This document shows positions 51,709 through 64,000 of a DNA stretch of 64,000 bases, in pieces (the stretch's first letter is position 1; the number at the start of each line of letters is the position of its first letter). The notes under the pieces were generated by a model. The model was not told where the DNA came from, ran no database searches, and saw nothing but the letters and a program-made list of their open reading frames with translations. Both the position numbers and the translations under genes were made by a program. This stretch comes from Octopus sinensis (lineage: Eukaryota), in assembly GCF_006345805.1 (NCBI RefSeq), contig NC_043003.1, forward strand, positions 81,034,001 through 81,098,000, in the 5' to 3' direction.

Positions 51709-51718
51709 ATATATATAA

Positions 51719-51751
<33 letters not shown>

Positions 51752-52346
51752 TGTATGTATGGATATATATATATATATAGATAGATATATATGTGTGTGT
51801 GGTGTTGATAAATATGTATGTGGTCTTTTTAAATCATTCTCTATATACACTACTATCATCATTTTCTCTTCTCTTCTCATCTGTCCTTCTATCTTTGACG
51901 CTCTCTCTCTCTTTCTCATTCTTTTTCTTTCTTTCGGTGCTTGTACGTGCATCTGTATGTGTGTGTATGCGTATGCGTACATGTGAGAAAATGAGAGAAT
52001 GTGTGTGTGTGTGTGTGTGGTGTGTGTGTGTGTCCGTCTATCACTATTACACTACACATATCAACATTCCGAAAATAACAAAACTAATGCAACACATTAC
52101 AGAGATGTGTGCTTATATTTTCTAAATATAAATATGTCGCCTCTTTTCACATTTATGCAAGTGCATTCTTTCACACAAGCTTTCGGCTACACACACACAC
52201 ACACACACACACACAACAGATATACATTCACACATGCACAAACCCACGCCCGCAAACAAACTCACACAGACTAACATGCAAACTTTCAAACCGCAGAAAT
52301 ATATACAAACACAGAAATATAAACATACAATGCAGACACCCCTCTC

Positions 52347-52384
<38 letters not shown>

Positions 52385-53240
52385 TATATATATACATATA
52401 ATGTATATATATTATATATACATATATATGTATATATATATACACACATATATATATCTGCAACTATTATATATATATATCTATGTGTGTGTGGTGTGTG
52501 TGTGTATCTACACAAACACTTTCACACACCATACATATATATGGATTGATATACGTACGTACCTACAAGAACAGCAGCATAAATATATAGCATATTGATA
52601 TATACAGACGCACATACAGTTAGAGAGAGAGGAGACAAAGGACAGAACGTGGTGCTCCACCATGGGCTTAAGTTTGATGACAAAAACATAATAAGTACAT
52701 ATACACACACACACACACACAAATATATATTATTTATATACATTACACACAACACAACACACACCACACACATATATATATATATATAATATATATATAG
52801 ATATATATATATATCTATATAAATCGGTGCACCAGAATGGACAGTGCCTATGGTTGAAAGATTAGGAGCATTAGGAGATAAAAGCAGCAGAATATGTGGA
52901 TATTCACAAGTACCATAAGTACGATCATACATGGATATTTACGAAACTCGCGTTTTCTAAACATGTGTGCGTGTGTTTTTCATGTATATATTTCTGAGTG
53001 CATTTTCACACAACGAGCACAAATCGCGTATCCACATTCTGATAGAAATGAAGTCGAAAAATAATTTTTGATATATATATATTTACATTGTAAGTGCGTG
53101 TGTGTTGTGTGTGTGTGTGTGTGTGTGGTGTGTATGTTTGTGCTTGTGTGCGTGTTTTTGTGTGCAAAATATATGTGTGTGTGAGAGTGTTTGCGTGCGT
53201 GTGTATATATTATAACTGCTCAAATGTACATATACACACA

Positions 53241-53271
<31 letters not shown>

Positions 53272-53617
53272 ATGTATATATGTATGTATGTGTGTGCGAG
53301 CACCTCTCTGTGTGTGTATGCAATATATGTAGGACGTATAATATAAACCTTGGTTAAATTCTCGAGTATATACAGCAACGTTGTATGTAATTACACACAC
53401 ACACCTATACATTCACACACACACAAACATATATATATAGAGAGAGAGATACACATACATATATATATATATATATATGCATATATATATATACAAACAT
53501 GCACACACGCACTCACTCACACACACATATATATATATATATAAAATGAGAGAGAGAGAGACAGATGCACATAAATAAACATAACGATATATAGATAGAC
53601 AGACAGGCCGATAGATC

Positions 53618-53705
<88 letters not shown>

Positions 53706-54007
53706 TATAGATCAGGCTGCATGCTCGTAAGCCTTCCATCTATTTATCGTACGCGAAGATTTCGAAATACCTTATTTTCAACACATGCTCATCAACGAAA
53801 CCAAATTAACAGGTGTGTATCGAGCACCAGTTTGATTGTGTACGACAAAACTATACCAACAACCCAAGAAGCAAAACACAGTTAACACACCACGCATACA
53901 CAGTGGCCCATGCTTACACACTCACACATAATTCTTGGTATATATGTATTGACATATGTATATACCTTCGCGTGTATGATGTAAGCATATATGTAAGTGT
54001 TTATGCA

Positions 54008-54394
54008 GGCGCAGGAGTGGCTGTGTGGTAAGTAGCTTGCTAACCAACCACATGGTTCCGGGTTCAGTCCCACTGCGTGGCATCTTGGGCAAGTGTCTTC
54101 TGCTATAGCCCCGGGCAGACCAATGCCTTGTGAGTGGATTTGGTAGTCGGAAACTGAAAGAAGCCCGTCGTATATATGTATATATATATGTGTTTGTGTG
54201 TTTGTGTTTGTCCCCCTAGCATTGCTGGACAACCGATGCTGGTGTGTTTACGTCCCCGTCACTTAGCGGTTCGGCAAAAGAGACCGATAGAATAAGTACT
54301 GGGCTTACAAAGAATAAGCCCCGGGGTCGATCTGCTCGACTAAAAGCGGTGCTCCAGCATGGCCACAGTCAAATGACTGAAACAAGTAAAAGAG
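54008..54394 (+). mobile_element. SINE family B, full length
   Basis: Head GGCGCAGGAGTGGCTGTGTGGT, B-box-like GGGTTCAGTCCC. Confidence 0.9.
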
Positions 54395-54589
54395 TATATA
54401 TGGAAGGCACACGAGTAAGTATTAGGTGTATATACGACAAAGACTCGTGCATATAGATAAGAAACTTCAGTAGACATACGCTGTTTCTAGTAGTGTAGAT
54501 TATGATGATTAAGACTAAAGTGTTTGTGAGCTATAGTTTTATATCAGTATCAACGTTGCAGCAGTTATATATATTATCTAGTTGTTATT

Positions 54590-54613
54590 AATATTATTAT
54601 TATTATTATCAAT

Positions 54614-54699
<86 letters not shown>

Positions 54700-54744
54700 C
54701 AATACCATCATCATCATCCTCATCATCATTATTATTATTATTAT

Positions 54745-54785
<41 letters not shown>

Positions 54786-54995
54786 TTGTGGCATACTCGT
54801 TTAGTGATGTCCATGTGGCGAGCAAATTAAGACGAGTTTTTTTTTCTGATTTGTATTTATCGCCAATTTTTTTCAATAATTCCCTGCATATCATCATCAT
54901 CATCGTCACCGTGGTCGTCGTCGTCGTCATCATCGTCATCATCATCACCATTATTATTATTATTATTATCATTATTATTATTATCATCATCATCA

Positions 54996-55057
<62 letters not shown>

Positions 55058-55160
55058 ATTTATTTATTACTATCTTTTTATTATCATTATTATTATCATC
55101 ATTATTATTGCTATTGTCATTATTGTCGTTATTGTTATTATTATTATTATTATCATCATC
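54590..55160. repeat. Compound (TAT)n/(CAT)n/(TAG)n microsatellites
   Basis: Direct inspection. Confidence 0.9.
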
Positions 55161-56103
55161 GTATAGTGGAAACGCAAGTAAACTGACTATAGCATGAATA
55201 AATAATGATAATAATTTTATTACTAATATTATTTGGTTGAACATGTGGCTGAAGGCCCAAGAGCACACGATGCGGGTGTTTTTCACCTTCCTTCGCGTTA
55301 GAGAGTAACCAAGTGTACGGTGGGGCATTTCTACCTGAGCCCTGCTTTGTTTATCCCTCCCAAAGTGAACATTTCTGTCACTGAAAGATCTCATTAACCG
55401 CATGTCTCTCTTTTATTTATATATATATTATGATTTTATTTGTTGTTTTTGTTATCCGGACTTAATTTTCCAAATACTCTGCAAACACCCGCCATACTTT
55501 AGGAACTCTTCTCTGTAATATCCACCCACCATTTATAACACTTGTAACAAATAAACAAATCACTGAATCGTAGCATTTTCTTGTGACTCTTTACGTTCTG
55601 GGTTCAAATCTAACCGGGGATAATACTGCCTTTTATCTTTCTGGGGTGAGGAATGAAGTACCAGTCACGTACTGAGCTGATGTAATAAAACGACTTCCCT
55701 GATAAACTTCCTCACTCCACCGAGATGCCTGGTGTTCTGCCAAAATGAAAACCTGCAGAAATGGCAAGAGTGGATGGTACCTCTCTAAGTGAGTTAGAGA
55801 AAAGGAATTGAGAAGGGCATTTGCCCTTGGTGTTCAGGGAGATCTTCGACGGTGGCGTTCCCCGAATATCCCTAGAGGTCATCCTGTATCAGGAGAACTA
55901 CATCTCTATCCACCCCACTTTTTTAACTTTTGTATATCCCCTTCCTTTGTTATTTATTTATTTATTTTATCATTCCAGTATTTGTAAACCCCCTAACTTT
56001 ATGTCTGTCTTTTCATTTTTCCCCATCCCTCGCACTGGTGACATATAAATTAAATTATTATTAATATTATTAGTATTTTGTTGTTGTTGTTGTTATTATT
56101 ATA

Positions 56104-56167
<64 letters not shown>

Positions 56168-56168
<1 letters not shown>

Positions 56169-56450
56169 ACCGGTGAGCTAACAGAATCGTAAGCCGGGCA
56201 GAAAGCGTAGCGGCATTTCTTCCATCTTTATATTTCGAGTTCAAATTCGGCTAAGTTTGACATTACCTTTAATCCTTTCCGGGTCGATAAAATAAGTACT
56301 TCTTGAGTACAGAGATTGTTGAAACCGAGTAACATTCCCTCGAAATTGCTAGCCCTGGAACTATTATTATTATAAATTAAGTACCAGTTGTACACTGGTG
56401 TAGATCTAATCGACTGGCCCCCTCCCTCCAAATTTGGGTCTTGTGCCTAG
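56168..56450 (+). mobile_element. Degenerate SINE family A
   Basis: ggtgagctaacagaatcgtaagc..gagttcaaattc..gggtcgataaaataagtac. Confidence 0.6.
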
Positions 56451-56459
56451 AGTAGAAAA

Positions 56460-56523
<64 letters not shown>

Positions 56524-56667
56524 AAAATAATAATAATATTATGCTATAACAATCTCACCAATGTGAACTTTGCCTTTCACCGTTTCTGGGTCGATAAAAT
56601 ACCAGACCAGTCAAGTCTTGGAGGCAATTTAATCAACTAATCCCTTCTCCTCAATATCGAAAAACCC

Positions 56668-56714
<47 letters not shown>

Positions 56715-56717
56715 GTA

Positions 56718-56759
<42 letters not shown>

Positions 56760-57059
56760 TATTATTATTATTATTATTATTATTTTATTATTATATTCAT
56801 GTGCTTAGGCGGCAATATTGATGATGCGAAAGTAGGAAGCGGAGAAGAGGGATAGGGTAGTGTTAGGTTATGGACAATGATGTACATCGTTGTCGACAGC
56901 TGACGATAAGCTGAAATTCGTGTTTCATCCATACTGCTGTAATAACTGAAATGTCATCATCGTTATCATCATCATCATCATCATCGCTACCACAAACCAC
57001 TGCCACTACCATCACTACCACGTCTAACATCATCGATCATAATCACCACTATACTTCTA

Positions 57060-57110
<51 letters not shown>

Positions 57111-57147
57111 TCTTCTTCCTCTTCTTCTTCTAATAATAATAATAATG

Positions 57148-57178
<31 letters not shown>

Positions 57179-57558
57179 CAATAACAATAATAATAATAAT
57201 TATAACCAACATTATCATCATCATCTTCATCATTCCCATCATCGTCATCGTCGTCAGTATAGTATTCTTCGCTTCCAACTTCATCATGTGTGTCACCGTT
57301 CTTGTCATACTGGACTCCTCTCGCCGACACAAATCATCTCCACCAACACCACCACCACCACCACAACCACGAGGTAAAATCACGAGGATGTCATATAATT
57401 TAGAACATGTGTGGTTTCTTATACCCTCTGCCACAGTACCAAACATTGTTTCTATGGTAGCAACCACTCTCAAAATACACCCCTGTCTCTCTTTTTCTTT
57501 ATCAACGTTTCTATATATATTTACCTACTTCTCACAGGTTCTCTTTCCCGCTCTTCCT

Positions 57559-57600
<42 letters not shown>

Positions 57601-59416
57601 CTCTCTTTCTCTCTCAAGTACAGCCACTCATACGCGCAATACCATAACAGTTGCACACTTCATGTTGTTCGGGCTAACGTATGAACACAATTGGGGGTCG
57701 CTCGAGATGCTAGAAGTAATCGACTTATGCCAAATCGTACATTGCCATCTTAGAAAAAGACACTATATATGTAGTGATCCCAGATTCCATGTAGAAAGGA
57801 AAGAAAAACCCCAAGTGGCCAGTGATAGGAAGCATAAGATCAAATGTTTTGCTCGATCACAGCTAACTTGGGGGTTGAAAAATAATTTCATGTCATTCGC
57901 TGGACTCCATATCGGGACAGTGTACATGAATCTCACCTTCTGACATACACACAATTATTATGTATGTGATATAAATATATGTGTGTATGTGTGTGCTTGT
58001 ATGTGTATGTGTGTGTGTGTTTCTATACAGAAACGGGCGGACACACGCACACAATTATAGATGTTGCATATATAGATAAATAGATAGACAGACAGGCAGA
58101 TATATAGATAGATAGATATGCTTTTACTTCTTTCCTCTTCCGGTTTTGACGATGCAAGGGCATCGCTGTTTCGTGCAATTGCTTGTTATTTCATTACACT
58201 TCTAAAGCTCTTATTTTGTACATTGAACATTGTATCAGTGAATTTGTAACCTGGAGGATATCACTCTTATTTGTATTTCTTGCCTTATTGTGGGTTCATA
58301 TCTCATCTAAGTTAAAACTAAAACATTAAATGCTTTTCGAAAATATTCACATCTAGAGCTCATAAGTAGTTCGTCAGATTTTCCAACAAGATGTTGAAAA
58401 AAGTAGTTAATGCATAGATGTAGCAATCTATTTGCTTTTGATAAGGGTTTTTAACGTGAAATGCTATCATATATGTTGGAACAATGAATCGTCATTCTTG
58501 TAGTACTTCTCATTCCATTCAATATATCCAACTGGCAATCTAGTGCTAACTTTATTTCGGGTTCGCGAAAGTTCACACATACTAAACAACATTGATATAA
58601 ACAAAGAGTGTGTGTATATAGGTGTACATGAAGGTTTGTATGAGGGTTTATGTTTATACATATGTGTATATATAAAAATGTGTGCGTGAGTCAGCGGGTG
58701 CTTATCATATATATATGCTATATATGTGTGTGTGTGGTTTGTGTCTTAGTATATGTATACATATATGCTTAAGACAAACACGGAACACTCACACACACAC
58801 ACACACTCACACACAATTATAAAGCAGACAGAGGTGATAATAGACAGTTTGACAATCACAGGTGCACATGTATACACATTTAACTTTGTATCCATACATA
58901 TGCACCCATGTACATATGCTTGTGTGTACATGCATACAAATACTTGCATTCATAAATATATCAGTGCATAAACAGGCATATAACAATGGGAAGACTCAGA
59001 GACTCTGTATGTCGTATTGCTATCCGACGTTTGGTATACAACCTAAGACATGGTGAGTGATAAAGAAATACAACCTCAGAAAGAGTATAAATGAGACTAG
59101 TCAGATACTAGCAAACAGTTTGGAAGACATTTGGGTTCAAACGTCTGGGCACAAAATATGTTGCTGGAGGTCAGATGTAAAAACGACGTTAAGATTTCTT
59201 CACGTACAGAAAAAGAGGGCTAAGATGGTGGAGAAGTTGTTTGGGAAACTTAAAGGGAAACATGTGATGGAAATATTTTCACAGCTGGTGAGATGGTGCC
59301 GACTGTAAGGCTTTCTAGGTACACAGCCTAATGTGTGTGTTTGCTTTCTATATCACATCATATATATGGAACTTAAATATACATACAACATACAATATAT
59401 ATATAATACATATATT

Positions 59417-59464
<48 letters not shown>

Positions 59465-60827
59465 TATATATACACATATATAGATGCAGCGTGTATGCAT
59501 ACATCTCTATGCACACATACATGTGTATATGTATAATGTATACATATATATATACATATATATATATATTGTATATATATGTATGTATATATATATATAT
59601 GTATATATACGTATATGTATATATATATTATACATATATATACATATATATATATGTATATATATATGTATATATATATACATGTATATATAATTATATA
59701 TATTATATAATATATATATATATATATATATTATAATATATATATATATGAATTAAAAATGAGAGAGACGGGGTGAAATAGATAGACATAGATAGATGTA
59801 TGTGTAACTCTGTGTGTGTGTGATTGTGTGTATGTGTGTGCGTGAGTGTATGTAATTATGAATGTATTTATGCATGTTTGGGAGTTAGCTACTATTGTAT
59901 GCTAATGTATAACCATGGAAAGAATGTGTAGAATAATACAGGAATACCGGCATGTACAGGTGTTACGTAGTGACTGTTCGAGAACAGATGAGATCGTTTC
60001 CTACTCGGAACAGAAAAGATTTACCAGCACGATGATAAATATTATTCTCAACTACAACGGATAAAATGTACGCACATACATACAGTCACAAGTATATGCA
60101 TGCATACGTGCACACACACACATACATACATACATATACACATGCAAAAATACGTTCATACGTTCATACAAACATACATATAACCATACGTGCATGCATA
60201 TATAGATTCATACACGTTTGTATATAAATATATATATATATATTATCTTTATGTTTTATTAGCTTTAGTCACCTGACAACGGCCATGCTGTGGCACAGCC
60301 TTGAAGTCGAATATATCAACACCGGCACTTACTTTAATATGGTATAAATAATAAAGGACATTTACTGGCCCGTTAGATTATGGTGAGTTGTAGTCAGGTG
60401 GTGAGATGGAGAAAGGATAAGCTCAAAGTAAAGGACATGTACACATGCTTTCACATACACTCCCATGCGCACCAGTACAAGGACATACACACATACACAC
60501 CACATACACACAAATACATATTGATTACTTGTAATTGTTTGCAAATTTATTAAAAGTAATGCATGAAAGAATTCAGCAAAACACGCGCTTGGACATCTCT
60601 GACAAGATTTGTCTAACATCGGGTTTCATCAGTATTCAATGAAGTAGTTACATCGAGTGATAAACGTAATATATATATATATACACATCTACATGCATGT
60701 GCGTATGCACATGCGAATATATACACATACATGTGTACTTACACGCACACATATTATGTGTATACATATATATTCACATGCACATATATATATATATATA
60801 TCTAAATATATTTATAAATACATATAC

Positions 60828-60870
<43 letters not shown>

Positions 60871-62353
60871 ATATAATATAGATATATATATCTATATATA
60901 TATATATCTAATATACTATATATATTATATACATATATATATATGCAAGCAGACATGTATATATATTTGTATACATATATATATATATACACACATATAT
61001 ATGTATATATATACCCACAACAATAAAATTAATAAAGCTACAAAGACATCGCAAAATCCATCTTCAGAACATATATATATATATATAATATATAATATAT
61101 ATATATATTATATTATATTATATTTATATGCATATTATATATATTAACACACACGCACAAATATTTGTGAGTACACGCATGTACAAGATACACACATACA
61201 CATATACTCTCCGCATTCATGATTCGTAATATGCACATGCAAATTCAGAATGTAAATCTTTCATATCCAAGCAAAAGAATATATAGATATGTTATATTCC
61301 ATGAATGCCTCTCTATGCTTTACGTTTCTGACTATACTATACATGTGCGTTTGTATGTACATACCAATGTGTTAACAAGCATGATGTTGTTTGCTTGTCC
61401 GAATTTGAAGTCTCCGAGTAAGCGTGCAACGAGCGTTTAGATATAACAACATAAACATTGTTCATGAAATATAGACAGGAGAGCATACCATGGATTTGAA
61501 TACTAAGACCGGGTATTATCTAGATAGCAGTGTGACAATGCATTTTGCAATGTAAAAGAATAGCAAAGGAAGATTACTTATGAACATATCAACAAATATA
61601 TTGCAAAACTACTATCTGTTAGAAATGTTGTATACATAAGTATTGCACATATCTATCTATACGTAAATGTAGCTATTATATATACATTTTTATATGTATA
61701 TATGCATGTATGGATGTATGTATGTATGTATGCATATTTATATATATATATATGTTTGCATGTATATATATATGTATATATATATATATATATGTATGTA
61801 TAAATACACACACATATATGTCTGTGTGCTATATATATTTATGATTCATGCTTGTACCTAGATATACATATGTGACTAAATATGAATATATATGTATAAA
61901 TACGAATATATATAGATATAAATATGTATATACATATGTATGTGTGTGTATATATATATATATATATATCCGTATGCATGTATTTATGTATACACATGTA
62001 TGTTGATACGTATATCGGTAAGACTATACATTTGTTTGCACGTAAATACTGGAAATTTATCCGTATATATACGTTTATATACATATACAAACACTAACAA
62101 ACCCATATGTATGTGCTGTGTGTGTGTGTGGGTATGTTCAGGTTTATGTATCTAAACTCTCACATTAATGCATACAAACACACACTCACATACACTCACA
62201 CAAACACATGTATATATGTAGAAGAATGATAAAGAGAAAGTTATTTGTATAGTATTATATACGTATTTAAAAAAATGAATGGAGATAGCTGAATTCAAAT
62301 AAGAATTATCCTCTCAGAAAAGCCATTTCTACTTAATCTTTAAAATATATCTA

Positions 62354-62405
<52 letters not shown>

Positions 62406-62466
62406 ATCTATCTATCTATCTATCTATCTATTTATCTATTGATCTATCTATCTATCTTATCTATCA

Positions 62467-62553
<87 letters not shown>

Positions 62554-62917
62554 GTGGGTGTGTGTGTGGTGTGTATGGTGTAGTATCTTATTTTTATTTC
62601 AATATCTAGAGACATAACAAACACACAAACACACATAATAGCACGTGTGCGATATTATGTGACAATGTGTATTTTGATACTCCTAAATATCTTTATTATA
62701 TGAAAGTTAAGAGGATTCCTAATATATATGAAAATATCTTTACTTTCATGTATTGAGTACATTCTGTGTGTTTATTTTGGGACAGAGTGAAATGATTCCT
62801 TCTCCATACCAATATTGCTAAGGATTTCCCTAGTCACATACCAATTTCGAAAAGAAACATATGCATGCGCGCATACAAAGAATTTTTCATATAATTATAT
62901 ATATATATATTATATAT

Positions 62918-62959
<42 letters not shown>

Positions 62960-63132
62960 TATATTGTATGTATGTATGGATAGATAGATATAGATATAGA
63001 TATATATAGATGTATATATATGGATATTTTTTATGTATGTTTGATGTATGCATATATACATATATGTATATATATATATAATATATATATATAATATGTA
63101 TATGTATGTATGTATGTACGTATATATATATA

Positions 63133-63176
<44 letters not shown>

Positions 63177-63217
63177 GTATATTAATATATATATATATAT
63201 ATATATGAATATATATA

Positions 63218-63530
63218 GATCGCACCACTCCGTGGGTTACGATGATGCGGGGCTTCAGTGATCCGATCCAAGCCGCTCGTGAAATTAGCCTGCAAGTGGC
63301 TGAGCACACCAGAGACATGCCTACACTTAACGTAGTTCTTGGGGAAGACTCAGCGTGACATAAAGTGTGACAAGAGAAACAGGAAGAAACAATGAGAGAA
63401 TGTTGTGGTGAAAGGGTGCAGCAGAAGCTCATGGAGCGCAATAAACTCTCACAACGCCCGGTCTGGGAATCGAAACCATGAACCTTCGACCGCGTGTTCG
63501 CTGCCTTAACCACTGGGCCATTGCACCTCC
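63218..63530 (-). mobile_element. SINE with family C tRNA-like head and a different 3' half
   Basis: Head matches 39485 (tggcccagtggtt..ggtttcgattcccagaccgggcgttgtg); the downstream half does not. Confidence 0.7.
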
Positions 63531-63662
63531 ACACACAAACAAACACATCATACACATATACGTACATAATTAAATAATATATATATGTATATATCTTATA
63601 CATAAATTAATATATATTTGTATTATTATATATATATATATTAACATATATATTATATATAT

Positions 63663-63702
<40 letters not shown>

Positions 63703-63744
63703 AAACATATAAATTACATATGTATATATGCATATGTGTATATA

Positions 63745-63783
<39 letters not shown>

Positions 63784-64000
63784 TATATAATCATCATTAT
63801 TATATTTCGCTAATGCATTGCGATACACATAACTTCCTGCTAGGACTCAATACACATGTGCTCTACAACAAAGTGTGAGTCGAGTACACAGCAGCAATCA
63901 GAAAATAGTATAACAAACGAATAAAGAAAAATTATGTGATGAACTGCATATGCTTAGAACTGTTTTTGCTATGGGATGTAGTGTACTCAAAGTTTCATCC

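Noticed and set aside
58990-59330. Possible piggyBac relic
   Set aside because: Only vague similarity; no catalytic motif or TTAA/TIR seen.

Overview
Eukaryotic, AT-rich, microsatellite-saturated DNA with no bacterial operons, rRNA, true tRNA genes or CRISPR. The SINE families and repeat landscape suggest an octopus or other coleoid cephalopod (inference, not verified by search). Most of the window is mobile DNA. It holds a near-intact 5'-truncated Tx1/L1-clade LINE sitting in a (GATA)n tract, other LINE relics (Tx1-type ORF1, RTE, CR1/L2-like, restriction-like-endonuclease type), four Penelope-like (PLE) relics, Tc1/mariner relics, a MITE and three tRNA-derived SINE families. Host genes appear only as isolated candidate exons; the best is a TATA/Inr/signal-peptide exon at 50.8 kb. 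Four observations stand out. (1) A ~836-bp non-coding tandem repeat (12.67-15.29 kb) and a divergent monomer (11.6-12.3 kb) share all hammerhead core nucleotides and three co-varying helices, but in a non-canonical pseudoknotted order. (2) Several more conventional PLE-associated hammerhead-like motifs are present. (3) One SINE family has a 3' tail matching the 3' end of the Tx1 LINE. (4) One RTE copy has twin-priming geometry. Many boundaries are read by eye (+/- tens of bp), and homopolymer indels suggest long-read errors.
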